Assembly (NCBI GenBank): GCA_965238075.1 | Contig: OZ250173.1 | Span: 224,001 to 288,000 of the forward strand | Length of the DNA stretch: 64,000 bases | Source of the DNA: Candidatus Entotheonellaceae bacterium | GTDB lineage: Bacteria > Tectomicrobia > Entotheonellia > Entotheonellales > Entotheonellaceae | Direction: 5' to 3' | Part shown: in pieces, positions 8,985-18,505 of the stretch | How positions within the stretch are numbered: position 1 is the first letter of the stretch | How the letters are laid out: each line of letters starts with the position of its first letter | Notes under the pieces: model-generated | Database searches by the model: none | Seen by the model: the letters and a program-made list of their open reading frames with translations, nothing else | What the model was told of the DNA's origin: nothing | Made by a program: the position numbers and the translations under genes

Positions 8985-10337
8985 TTACAGGTTAGCAGCC
9001 GTGCGTATCACCGGCAGACCGCCCGATGGGGCAAACGTAATGCTGCGCCGCACCACGCGTACCGTGTAGCTCGGGTCCGGGCGCAAGACCACGCGCAGCA
9101 ACATCCGAGCCAAGACGATTTTCATCTCGTAGGTGGCAAACGCCGCACCGAGGCAGTGGCGCAATCCGCCGCCAAACGGAAAGAAGGTGTAAGGATCAAC
9201 GCGTCTGTCGACGAAGCGTTCGGGCTTGAATGTCTCGGGCTCCGGCCAGACGTCTGGCCGCCGATGGGTGAGGTAGATGCACGGCGACACGACGCAACCG
9301 GCCGGCAGGTCGCAGTCGCCAATACGCATTGGCGTTTCGAGATAGCGTGTGACGATAGGCAAGATGGGATCGAGGCGGGCCGTTTCTTTAATGACGGCGT
9401 CCAGATAGCTGAGTTCGGCGATCTGCTCCGCCATGTGCTCGGAGCCTTGCGATCCATTCCCGATCACCGACGCTACCTCGGTCTGAGCGGTCGCCAGCAC
9501 GTCGGGGTTTTGTAGCAGGCGGTGTACCGCCCACGACAGCGAGGTGGCCGTGGTTTCATGCCCCGCCACCAGCATGGTGATCATTTCATCCCGGATTTCG
9601 TCGTCGCTCATGGGCTGACCGTCTTCGTCGCGGGCGGCGACGAGCATGGCCATGATGTCGGTGCGCTCTTCGAGAGCTGCCGTCCTGCGCCGGGCAATTT
9701 CGTCGTACAGCAGCCGGTTGATTTCACGGCTAAGCTCGCCGATCCGTTTCCAGGCCGTGAGCGGTCCCAGATTGACTTGCAGCCGGCGAATCAGCAGCAG
9801 CGGGCTACTGCCGACCAGCCTCAGAAACTCGACCAGCAGCACGCGGAGACGAGACAGCATTTCGCCCTCGTCCACCCCGAACACCGTCCGCAGAATGATA
9901 TCCAGGGTGATTTGCTGCATATGCTTATGAATCGGAAAAACGTGTTCAACCGGCCAATCATCGATCGAGCGATCCACAATTTCACGCATGATACCGCCGT
10001 ACAGCCGCATCCGCTCGCCGTGAAACGGCGGCATGAGCAGTTTGCGCTCGCGCCGATGCCGCGCCCCATCCAGGAGCAGGAGCGAGTTGGGACCGAAGAC
10101 GGGTCTCAGGATTTCGTTGCCGCGTCCGGCGCGCAGGGTCTCGGGATCGCCGGTGAAGATCTCTTTGATGGCGGCCGGTTGACTGAAAAATACCAACGGC
10201 GGCGCGCCGATCAGGCGTATCGTAAACGCGTCGCCGTAAGCCTCGGCGCACCCCTGCATGAACGGAATTGGCTTCCAAATCCACTTAAGCGTTTGAAAGG
10301 GACGCGGACTTCTTGGACCGGTTGGCAGGGCAGGCAT
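8985..10337 (-). CDS. Cytochrome P450 (CYP110/CYP135-like)
   Basis: AGHETT I-helix, ETAR (ExxR), PERF and haem motif FPFGGGLRHCLG. Likely start is MPALPTGP. Confidence 0.95.
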   Translation of the reverse strand: MPALPTGPRSPRPFQTLKWIWKPIPFMQGCAEAYGDAFTIRLIGAPPLVFFSQPAAIKEIFTGDPETLRAGRGNEILRPVFGPNSLLLLDGARHRRERKLLMPPFHGERMRLYGGIMREIVDRSIDDWPVEHVFPIHKHMQQITLDIILRTVFGVDEGEMLSRLRVLLVEFLRLVGSSPLLLIRRLQVNLGPLTAWKRIGELSREINRLLYDEIARRRTAALEERTDIMAMLVAARDEDGQPMSDDEIRDEMITMLVAGHETTATSLSWAVHRLLQNPDVLATAQTEVASVIGNGSQGSEHMAEQIAELSYLDAVIKETARLDPILPIVTRYLETPMRIGDCDLPAGCVVSPCIYLTHRRPDVWPEPETFKPERFVDRRVDPYTFFPFGGGLRHCLGAAFATYEMKIVLARMLLRVVLRPDPSYTVRVVRRSITFAPSGGLPVIRTAANL

Positions 10338-10747
10338 GACTGAAAACCGCCATACGTAGGAGGTAAAGCAAATCTGGCTTGGTAACGGCACGCCGAGCTC
10401 AGCAGGCGGCGCTCGTTGCCAGGGCCGAGTGGCGAAATTCTTTTTTCTATCACCCTGCCCCGAAGCCAGAGAGTCAATATATGGTGAACGGTGATTCGCG
10501 TCCCCAATACTTCGGACAGTTTGGACAGCAAGGCGGCCCCACGAGTTCGCCAAATCTATAGTTGTGTCGCCCAACGCAACCGAGAATGGCGGCGTTGAAA
10601 TCAAGGGGTCTGGCAGAAATTGCCGGTGCAGGCAAAACGTCGTCGCAGAGACGCCAACTCCGGAAAGCTCGTTATCCCAAACGGGATGCACTTCAGATGC
10701 CAGGGAGAGTATGAAACAGGCCGGATCTTCCGACAATCTCGACCAGC

Positions 10748-11281
10748 CTATGAGTCCTTAACGGGTAGAAGGCTTTCGTCACGGTGAATGGGGATGGGAA
10801 ACGCCACCTGAACACGTGACGCGGCGTTCATCATCCAGATGGTTATCCACATACTGGAGAAGGTGACCTGGGTTGCCCCGGTGGGATAGGGAAAGGTGAA
10901 GAGGGCTGTCTTGCGCTTCCGGCGGCCAACCTTGGTGGCCTCGCCGGAGATGCCGCTGAGCGCGAGTAACGGGTAGGTCGTCCCCGTCGCCGCGTCCGTC
11001 AGCAGGGTCGATGTCTGAAAGCCTTCTGCCAGGAAAATCGGGCGGGGTGAACTGGCATTGTTCTTGTATACAACGCCAAGAACGAGACGGTCGCCCTTTT
11101 TCTCGACAAACCGCAGCACCCAGTTCCAGCTTTGGGCCTTGAACACTTGCCGGTTGACCTTAAGCCGCCAATCCGTCTCAGGTTGGGCGTGCGTCTCTGT
11201 AACCGGAATCAGGCCAGGACACAACAATGAAACGACAAGGAGGGCGACAGCCGCCGGGACCAGAGGCCATTGTGACCGCAT
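10748..11281 (-). CDS. Exported hypothetical protein, predicted beta-rich
   Basis: Signal peptide MRSQWPLVPAAVALLVV...THA. GAGGAGAGG RBS. Lies directly downstream of the cytochrome c gene. Confidence 0.65.
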   Translation of the reverse strand: MRSQWPLVPAAVALLVVSLLCPGLIPVTETHAQPETDWRLKVNRQVFKAQSWNWVLRFVEKKGDRLVLGVVYKNNASSPRPIFLAEGFQTSTLLTDAATGTTYPLLALSGISGEATKVGRRKRKTALFTFPYPTGATQVTFSSMWITIWMMNAASRVQVAFPIPIHRDESLLPVKDS

Positions 11282-11312
11282 TCCCCTCTCCTCATGATTG
11301 CCGGAAGGCGGC

Positions 11313-11729
11313 TCATTCAGGATCAAGCCACACCGCCCCTCTGACCGCCAGGGTCTCCAGATACGCCCCAATTTGGCCGATTTCTTCATCGCTTAGCACC
11401 CTGCCGCCGCCATAGGGCGGCATCTTTTTTTTGCCCTTCTTGACGATTTGCACGTAAAGACTGTAGCCGCGCTTGAATTTTTGCAGATTCGAGGCTCCGG
11501 CAATTCCCCGTCCCCTGCCGTTCGCTCGTGACCCATGGCAGACCGCACAAATGGAACGGTAGAGCGTCTTACCATCCTGAACCGCGTTCTCATCACCCGA
11601 CAGCGGATTGGAAGACGCGACCCTGGCAGCCGCCAGTGCGTCCGTGCCCGCCGTCAGACCTCCACCCACAACGGTTACAAAAGCCAGCACCGACACCACA
11701 AAGAGAGTGTCGCAGCGCGTCCGTTTCAT
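11313..11729 (-). CDS. Monohaem cytochrome c, probable electron acceptor of the PQQ dehydrogenase
   Basis: Signal peptide, NPLSGD, CAVCHG haem motif, distal MPPYG. Confidence 0.9.
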   Translation of the reverse strand: MKRTRCDTLFVVSVLAFVTVVGGGLTAGTDALAAARVASSNPLSGDENAVQDGKTLYRSICAVCHGSRANGRGRGIAGASNLQKFKRGYSLYVQIVKKGKKKMPPYGGGRVLSDEEIGQIGAYLETLAVRGAVWLDPE

Positions 11730-11818
11730 CCGACTCGTCTTCTCAGGTGCAGCGAAAGCACGCCAATTCGACGTGCTTTCGCCGGGTCGTTACGAAAGCC
11801 GCTGTCTGCAAGACAAGG

Positions 11819-13528
11819 CTACCTGCTGAAGGTGAACATGATACTTCCATGCTCAAGGGGATGGTCGTCGGGGGCTGAGCCAAAGCTCGGCATCCCGCCA
11901 CCGGCGATGGTGACATATTGTTTGCCGTCCACCATGTAGGTGATCGGCGCCGCCTTGAAAGTTACACCGGCGCTGAAGGTCCAGAGGATTTCCCCAGTGC
12001 TGGCGTCCACGGCGTGCATGATACCGCCCGCGCTGCCGTACATGGTCAAACCGCCGGCAGTGGTCAGCATGCCACCGGAGTAGCCGTCCTTGGATTTCTG
12101 GTCGCGCCAGGTTTCCTGCCCGGTTGCCGCATTCACTGCCTTATTCAGTTCATAGCCGCCGGGCGGCAGTTCAAACGTCGCACCAACCAACTGCACGTTG
12201 CTCGTCGTCTGAACCTTCTCGAACCCCCACAGCATGCCCATCTCGCGCGCCGACAGATAGATCATGCCGGTTTGCGGGTTGTAGGCCGGCGGATACATGT
12301 TCACGCCACCCAGCAGGCTGGGCCATACCTCCACCGGAGCCTCGCCTTCCTGCGGGATGGTCTGGGTCCAGACGGGCTTGCCATCGTTGGTGAACCCCGA
12401 CGCCCAGGTAATGCGGTCCGAAAACGGCGTCGCTTTCAGGAACTTGCCGGTTTTAGCATCCATGTAGCTGATAAATCCGGTCTTGTTCGGTTGCACCACC
12501 GTTTTCCGGCCATCGATGGTAATGACCAAAGGCACTTGCATGGTGTCGTAATCGTAGGGATCGCCAGGCACAACGGTGTAGCGCCAGGCGACCTTGCCGG
12601 TCTCCGTGTCGACGGCCACCACGGCGGCGGCTCCGACGTTCTCGTAGTCACCGCCGCCGCGGCCTTGCCTGTCGCTGTACGGCGTATACGGGTAGGCATT
12701 CGCGGTACCGGTATAGTACATCTTCAGCTCGGGGTCCCAACTGCCGGTAATCCACGGGCCGGCACCGCCGTAATCCCGGCTGTCCCCCGGCCAGCTTTCG
12801 TAGCCCGGCTCCCCAGGTCCGGGAATCATGTTCGCCGACCACAGCAGCTCGCCGGTCTCCGGGTCAACGGAGTCCACAAAGCCGGGCTTGCCGCCCATGT
12901 CGGAAGCGTTCATGGGCAGAAGGACCTGGCCCGGAATCACCAGGGGTCCCACGGTGGTCAGGTAGCCGCCCGCGTCGTCCGATGATTCGTACGTGCGCGG
13001 GTACTCCCGTATCTGTTTGGAGAACATCACCTCGCCGGTCTTGTAGTGGAGCGCGTGCAGGACGTTGTCATTGGAGAGGAAGTAGATCTTGTCCTGGTAG
13101 ATCGCCACGCTGCGGTGCTTGTTCGTCAGGAAATCGTTGAACTGCCAGTGGCCCCAATCTTCGGGTAGTTCGTGCTCGAATTTCCACGCCCGCCTTCCGG
13201 TACGCGCGTCGATCGCATGCACCTTGTTGTCCAGCGGGATGTAAAGCAGGCCGTCGTGGTAGATAGGATTGGACTGCAGGCCGGTAACGCCGCCAAGGGC
13301 GAGCGCCCAGGCCACGTTGAGGTCCTGAACGTTGCTCGTATTGATCTGTGTGAGTGTGCTGTGCCGAGTGGCGTGCCAGTCACCGTGGACGTGCAGCCAT
13401 TCTTCGCCCGCCGGCTGCGCCAGCGCTTCATCCCGCACCGGGAACGCCTGGGCACCGCCGATCATCAGCATGAGCAAGGAAACCACCATCAGTAACCCAG
13501 ACACGCGCTTGAAAATACCACTACTCAT
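11819..13528 (-). CDS. Periplasmic PQQ-dependent dehydrogenase (alcohol dehydrogenase fold), possibly lanthanide-dependent
   Basis: Signal peptide; RHSTLTQINTSNVQDLNVAW; Trp-docking repeats (TGxxxW); GGAGPWITGSWDPEL; DPYDYD; APITYMVDGKQYV. Confidence 0.92.
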   Translation of the reverse strand: MSSGIFKRVSGLLMVVSLLMLMIGGAQAFPVRDEALAQPAGEEWLHVHGDWHATRHSTLTQINTSNVQDLNVAWALALGGVTGLQSNPIYHDGLLYIPLDNKVHAIDARTGRRAWKFEHELPEDWGHWQFNDFLTNKHRSVAIYQDKIYFLSNDNVLHALHYKTGEVMFSKQIREYPRTYESSDDAGGYLTTVGPLVIPGQVLLPMNASDMGGKPGFVDSVDPETGELLWSANMIPGPGEPGYESWPGDSRDYGGAGPWITGSWDPELKMYYTGTANAYPYTPYSDRQGRGGGDYENVGAAAVVAVDTETGKVAWRYTVVPGDPYDYDTMQVPLVITIDGRKTVVQPNKTGFISYMDAKTGKFLKATPFSDRITWASGFTNDGKPVWTQTIPQEGEAPVEVWPSLLGGVNMYPPAYNPQTGMIYLSAREMGMLWGFEKVQTTSNVQLVGATFELPPGGYELNKAVNAATGQETWRDQKSKDGYSGGMLTTAGGLTMYGSAGGIMHAVDASTGEILWTFSAGVTFKAAPITYMVDGKQYVTIAGGGMPSFGSAPDDHPLEHGSIMFTFSR

Positions 13529-13650
13529 GATCCCTCTCTCCTTACTTGCCAAAGGGTCATAGCTCAGAACGTTGTAAAGAACAAACCTGAAAGGCCGTCT
13601 AGCAGAAGCCCGGAGGGAAGTCAAGGACGTATCGGCCTCACAGTAGGGCA

Positions 13651-14664
13651 TTATTTCTTCGCCGCCGGCGCGGGGCGCTGCCGCGGGATGCCGAAATTTT
13701 CGGCGATCTTGTAGGCGGCTTTCGCCTTGTTGCGGTAGGCGATGACGTTCTGCGTGTGCAGCGCTCGGTTCGTGCTGCTGCCGCGCTTGGCATCGGCAAG
13801 CAAGGTATAGGCATCGCCCAGATGCTTGTGCACGGTGCCATACTCGCGGGGCGAGGTCTCGGCGTCCAGTTGGTTCGCCGCCCTGTCAAACTGGTCGATG
13901 GCCCGTTTTAAGTTACGGCTGGCGCCGTTTCCCCGCGCCAGAATGAGGTAGGCCAAGCCCGTGTTGGTGTAGGTTGCCCCAAGGGTGGCGGCGTCTGGTG
14001 CCGCCACCAGCGCCGCCCGCGCCTGCTCGTAGAACTGCAGGGCTTGCTCCATGCTCGAATTACCCGCCTGATGGAGGTCCCGGTGTACGTTGCCAAGGCG
14101 GTTGAGCGTTTGTGCCTGTGCCACCGCATCGGAATCGGCCGCATGCAGCCCGAGGGCAGCTTGGTAGGCTTCGATCGCTTTGTCTGCAAGCTCCGATCTG
14201 GCCTCGACCTGAAAGTGCCGCCGGTACGCATCTCCCAGGTGGCTCTGGACGCTGGCATAGGCTGCGGCGAAGGCGTTGACAGGAAGAAGCTCCAGCGCCT
14301 CTTGAAACGCCGCCACCGCCTGGGCGAGATGGCCTTGCGGGTCACCCTGGTCCGCAAGTCCCAGATAGCACAGGCCCACCTGTTCCGCGATTTGCCCCTT
14401 GCTCTCACGTGTCAGATCGGCATCGAAGGTTCGCAGAACGTGTTGGTAATCCTCCAAAGCGCGAGCGAACTTGCCGCGCTCGTATCGCCCCTCCGCGCGG
14501 TGGACGGCATCGGCGATCCGTGCCTCCAGGGCAGCACGCTGTCGCGGACGGATGGTATGATGAATGTAATTCGTGACGGCCCCCATGGCGGCGCCCAGAC
14601 CAACCAGAATGAGCACCGCAAGAATCCACGGGTGCCGATTCAGCACCCATCGCACCTCAGGCAT
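13651..14664 (-). CDS. Membrane-anchored TPR-repeat protein
   Basis: N-terminal TM followed by repeated TPR helices (LGDAY, LGNVH, TGLAY, AxxxYxxAL). Confidence 0.8.
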   Translation of the reverse strand: MPEVRWVLNRHPWILAVLILVGLGAAMGAVTNYIHHTIRPRQRAALEARIADAVHRAEGRYERGKFARALEDYQHVLRTFDADLTRESKGQIAEQVGLCYLGLADQGDPQGHLAQAVAAFQEALELLPVNAFAAAYASVQSHLGDAYRRHFQVEARSELADKAIEAYQAALGLHAADSDAVAQAQTLNRLGNVHRDLHQAGNSSMEQALQFYEQARAALVAAPDAATLGATYTNTGLAYLILARGNGASRNLKRAIDQFDRAANQLDAETSPREYGTVHKHLGDAYTLLADAKRGSSTNRALHTQNVIAYRNKAKAAYKIAENFGIPRQRPAPAAKK

Positions 14665-14790
14665 GACATGCCCACTCCTCAACAATGGTTGACAACCCGG
14701 AGACAACAGATATACGCTCAGCATTGCTTATGAAGACGCTTGCATCGGCAACCATGACGGTTTATCGACCCTTCATAAAGTCACGCCAGC

Positions 14791-15480
14791 ATGAACATCC
14801 AACACACCCTATTCTATAAGTGGCTGCTGGGCAATTCCTTTGCCGTCCTCGTAGGATACGTTGCATGGCTGCAAGGCTGGATCGAACTGATCCTGCGCAG
14901 TGATGCGAGCTATCTGTCGTGGGCGATCATCCTGGTCTTCGGGATGTTCTGGATCATCAGTACCTACCACATTCTGATCTTGAATCGAGAATTGACGCGC
15001 TTTGCCGACGGCAGTCCGCAGGGGGTGGCGGCGGATTACTTCGCCAAGCTGCAGAGCAAGAGCCACAACCAACAGGGAGCCCCCGTCGATCAGAATCTGC
15101 TGGCTACCACCCTGCGCATCCGGCTGATGATGTCGGTTCAAGTCGTCGGTTACGTGGCGAATACCTTGATTCTGCTCGGCTTGATCGGAACCGTCGTCGG
15201 TTTTGTGATCGCGGTCAGCGGCCTGGGAGACAGTCTCGGGCAGGGCGAAAACATCGATCGTGTGAAAAACGTGCTGAGTCAGATCGTCAACGGCATGGGC
15301 GTGGCGCTGTTCACCACCCTGGTCGGCAGCGTCTTGGGCGGCATCTGGCTGCAGGTGCATTTCCAGATGCTGCTGCGCGCCGTGACCGATCTGGTGGTGC
15401 GAATCGTCGAACACGCCGAAGTCGAGGTCATTCCTAAATTGACCGTCAATCGGGAAGCGGCGGGCGCCGACGCCTCGTGA
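14791..15480 (+). CDS. MotA/TolQ/ExbB proton-channel family protein
   Basis: LILLGLIGTVVGF and GMGVALFTTLVGS signature helices, plus two N-terminal TMs. Confidence 0.9.
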   Translation: MNIQHTLFYKWLLGNSFAVLVGYVAWLQGWIELILRSDASYLSWAIILVFGMFWIISTYHILILNRELTRFADGSPQGVAADYFAKLQSKSHNQQGAPVDQNLLATTLRIRLMMSVQVVGYVANTLILLGLIGTVVGFVIAVSGLGDSLGQGENIDRVKNVLSQIVNGMGVALFTTLVGSVLGGIWLQVHFQMLLRAVTDLVVRIVEHAEVEVIPKLTVNREAAGADAS

Positions 15481-15517
15481 GGTTTCCCAATCTTTCAACC
15501 CTTCTGCAAGCCGAGAC

Positions 15518-16111
15518 ATGTACGCCTTAGGAGAGTTGACGCCAGATACCGATCCCGCCGGGGTGGTTTTTCGGGACGTGCTGTTCCTCATGGTCCTCAG
15601 CCTGGTGGTGGTGATCTTCCTGATGACGTTCCTGATCAATCCGGTCAAGAAGACCGATGAGGTGCCGATTCGAACGGAGATCCTGATCGAGGCCTTCTGG
15701 CCCACCGGCACCTCGTACGACGTGGATTTGTGGGGGATGGGTCCCGACGGCGTACCGGTGGGCTGGGGGGTGTTTACGGCAGGTCCGGCCTTGAACCTGG
15801 AACGTGACGACCGCGGCAAAATCAATGATGCCGCCACACTCAATTACGAAATGATGTCGATCCGCAGCCGCGACCCGGGGGAATACACGATCAACTTGCA
15901 TCTCTATAACGAATTCGGCGACCCCCTGCCCGTGCCCGTCAAAGTAAGCGTTGCCGGGAAGGGTGACATCGGCGAAATCTTCTCAGGTGACGTGCTGCTG
16001 ACCCGGCGCAAACACGAGGTCACCGTCGTGCGGTTCAGCCTGGATGAGGATGGGGAACTGCTCCCGGACAGCATCCATAATCTCTACAAATCAATCTTGG
16101 CCTATCGCTAG
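15518..16111 (+). CDS. MotB/ExbD-like single-TM protein with YfaP(DUF2135)-like soluble domain
   Basis: TM with intramembrane Asp (VFRDVLFLMVL), followed by DVDLW...PDG...LERDDRG...NYE...PGEYTINLHLY. Confidence 0.65.
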   Translation: MYALGELTPDTDPAGVVFRDVLFLMVLSLVVVIFLMTFLINPVKKTDEVPIRTEILIEAFWPTGTSYDVDLWGMGPDGVPVGWGVFTAGPALNLERDDRGKINDAATLNYEMMSIRSRDPGEYTINLHLYNEFGDPLPVPVKVSVAGKGDIGEIFSGDVLLTRRKHEVTVVRFSLDEDGELLPDSIHNLYKSILAYR

Positions 16112-16121
16112 GCTTCATTGT

Positions 16122-16574
16122 ATGTCCGACATACTCCAGTTCATCGTCCTGTTCGCCATCCATGCGGCGACGGTCTGTTTTCTGTTCGCCATGCTGTTCC
16201 TGTACCGCCCCCGGCAGTGGGGGCTGCGACTGGTTACCGTGATCATCGGGGTGGCCGCGCTGGCTATGCCGTACCTCTTTTTGTCCAACACCCTGGGATA
16301 CCCCGACCCGTGGCCGCAAACTGGCGTCTACGACGTGCTGGGCTGGAATATTGATGAATCGCGGCAGGAAATTTACCTGTTTGTTGCCCAGGAAGATGGT
16401 TCCACGCCGCGCCATTACCAGGTGCCGTTCAGTCTGAAAGCTGCGCTGACCTTGCAGGAAGCGCAGGAAACGCTGACCATTTTCGAGAAACTCTCGGTGC
16501 GAATCGAACCCGGAGGAACTCCAGAGATACCTGCCTATCATTTTCTCGTCCGCCAGAAGAGCGAGGCTGAATAA
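16122..16574 (+). CDS. Hypothetical 2-TM membrane protein (paralogue of next gene)
   Basis: Two hydrophobic helices, then LGYP...GVYDVL...EIYLFV...TPRHYQVPF. Confidence 0.7.
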   Translation: MSDILQFIVLFAIHAATVCFLFAMLFLYRPRQWGLRLVTVIIGVAALAMPYLFLSNTLGYPDPWPQTGVYDVLGWNIDESRQEIYLFVAQEDGSTPRHYQVPFSLKAALTLQEAQETLTIFEKLSVRIEPGGTPEIPAYHFLVRQKSEAE

Positions 16575-16577
16575 CCC

Positions 16578-17045
16578 ATGCCGTTAACATCCTACGCAAG
16601 TCTTTTGGCCCTCCATACGGGCTGCATACTGGTCATTTTTGTCGCCATCTTCCTGTCTGGACGCAAGCTCAAAGCCCTAGCCGCCATTGCGGGTGCCGTG
16701 GCCATCTGGCTGCCATTGGGGATTCAATTGCAGGCCCTCGGCCATCCTAATCCCAATCCGCCCCAAGGCGACTATCAATTGCTGGCCACGCAGCCGAGCG
16801 CCTCAGAAGAGTCGTTGTACATCTACGTTGAGGCACTGGAGAAAGACGATACCCCGCGGCTTTATCGTATCCCCTTCCCCAAAATCACCTTCGAGCGCCT
16901 GGAGACAGCGGGTAACGCGGACAATGAGATAAGGGTGATCCGTGTCGAACCGGGTGAGAGCACGGAGTTTGAAGTGTTCTACATCAACTACGAGCCGCCC
17001 GATCTCATCAAGGGGGAACCCAGGCGCGGCACCCGCTATCAGTAG
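16578..17045 (+). CDS. Hypothetical 2-TM membrane protein (paralogue of previous gene)
   Basis: Two hydrophobic helices, then LGHP...GDYQLL...SLYIYV...TPRLYRIPF. Confidence 0.7.
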   Translation: MPLTSYASLLALHTGCILVIFVAIFLSGRKLKALAAIAGAVAIWLPLGIQLQALGHPNPNPPQGDYQLLATQPSASEESLYIYVEALEKDDTPRLYRIPFPKITFERLETAGNADNEIRVIRVEPGESTEFEVFYINYEPPDLIKGEPRRGTRYQ

Positions 17046-17142
17046 CACTCGCCGATTGACAGCGCCCCCGGCGCCCGTCTTCCGAACTTACCCCGCCTGA
17101 GTATGCGCATAGTGCATCATCTATCGGTATGGCTTCCGCCCT

Positions 17143-17586
17143 CTACAGCGCCGCCTTATTGCAGCGGCAGGTGCCGATCTGGTGCAATTCGATGATATTG
17201 TCGAAGGGGTCGCGGACGAATATCTGATCGGATCCCTGGCCGACGAGACCTTCGATCTGCCAGTACCAGATGCCGCGGGCCTCCAGGTCGCGTTTGGCTT
17301 CCTGGATGTCCTCGACGGCGAGGGCAACGTGCGGGTGAGTGGGGTCTTCCTTTTCGCTGCGCGCGACGGGCGACATGCCAACGGCACCCATGAGGTGGAT
17401 CTGCGAGGTGTTCTCGCCTTCCCCGACGTACATCCAGAAGCCGGGAATGCCCGGGATCGTGGGCCGGCCGGCGTCGGTCTCCAGCCCAAGCACGTCGCTG
17501 TAAAATGAGCGTGCTTTTTCGACCTCGCCGTCTTCCTTACCGATGCGAATGCCGTGGTGATGCAGTTCAAGAACCTTGATTGCCAT
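17143..17586 (-). CDS. VOC/glyoxalase family protein
   Basis: LHHHGI, FYSDVLGL, HVALAVEDI, QIFVRDPFDNIIEL. Confidence 0.9.
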   Translation of the reverse strand: MAIKVLELHHHGIRIGKEDGEVEKARSFYSDVLGLETDAGRPTIPGIPGFWMYVGEGENTSQIHLMGAVGMSPVARSEKEDPTHPHVALAVEDIQEAKRDLEARGIWYWQIEGLVGQGSDQIFVRDPFDNIIELHQIGTCRCNKAAL

Positions 17587-17710
17587 GTGCGGTCTCCTTT
17601 ACCGAGGGGGAATCAATTGCGGGATATACTGCCGATGTAACGGCTTTCAACAGCGCCCTATTCTGCATGCGCCGGGTGCGGGAAACAAGCCGATTCAGGC
17701 GACTCGCGTC

Positions 17711-18493
17711 CTATGAAAAGGCGCGCGGAAACAGGCGCCTGGCGTTGGCGGTAGTAATTCGGGCCGCCTCATCCACGGGCACGCCCTTGATAGTGGCGAT
17801 GTGCTGGCAGGACAGCCAGACGTTACACGGCTCGTTGCGTACGTCTTTGTCAGGACCCAAGACGGGAGCGTCGGACTCCAGCAACAGGTGCTCCAGCGGC
17901 AGGTGGCGGACGAGTTTCTGTTTCTGCGGCGAACGGACGATCGAAGGGGGAATGGAAAAATAGTACCCCGCCTCGATGGCGGCGCGAGCGGTGGCGGCTT
18001 TGCCGTCGAAGGCGTGCAGCAGAACGTGCCGGGCGCCGTTCTCGCGCAGCCAGGCGATGCAGTGACGGCCAGCGGAACGGGAGTGGATGTTGAGCGGCAT
18101 ATCGAGTTCGCGGGACAGGGCAATATGCTGCGCCAGAATGTCGCGCTGCACCTCACGGTCGGCGGCGTCCTGCACCTTCCAGTAATCCAGGCCAACCTCG
18201 CCGATGGCCACCAGCCGGTCCTGGTGCTGGCGGATGAAGTCCAGCATCGCCGCCGCTGCATCGCGGTCGAGAATCGTCGGGTACAGCCCGGCACAGGGCT
18301 TGATGAGCGGGTGGCGGTCCGCCAACTCGATGACTCGCTCCGCTTCCGCGAGGCTCTCGCTGACGCAGAGGATCGCCTGCACGCCCTGGGCGGCCGCTCG
18401 GGCCAGCACGGCGTCCAGGTCGGCGGCAAACGCCGGCGCGTACAGGTGGGCATGGGCGTCGACAAGCGGCAGATCGGATTCGCGCAGTGTCAT
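17711..18493 (-). CDS. tatD: TatD-family metal-dependent DNase
   Basis: DAHAH, AIGEVGLDY, IHSR, LHAF and LLESDAP motifs. Confidence 0.9.
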   Translation of the reverse strand: MTLRESDLPLVDAHAHLYAPAFAADLDAVLARAAAQGVQAILCVSESLAEAERVIELADRHPLIKPCAGLYPTILDRDAAAAMLDFIRQHQDRLVAIGEVGLDYWKVQDAADREVQRDILAQHIALSRELDMPLNIHSRSAGRHCIAWLRENGARHVLLHAFDGKAATARAAIEAGYYFSIPPSIVRSPQKQKLVRHLPLEHLLLESDAPVLGPDKDVRNEPCNVWLSCQHIATIKGVPVDEAARITTANARRLFPRAFS

Positions 18494-18505
18494 CCGAAAT
18501 TGGCC

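Noticed and set aside
10338-10736. 132-aa N-terminal extension of the P450 ORF
   Set aside because: It has no domain features; family similarity begins at MPALPTGP.
11819-13528. Labelling the PQQ enzyme as xoxF or mxaF
   Set aside because: It lacks the vicinal cysteines and other methanol dehydrogenase signatures.
14791-16111. Zorya (zorAB) anti-phage system or flagellar stator
   Set aside because: There is no long ZorA tail, no OmpA-like peptidoglycan-binding domain, and no zorC/D/E or flagellar genes.
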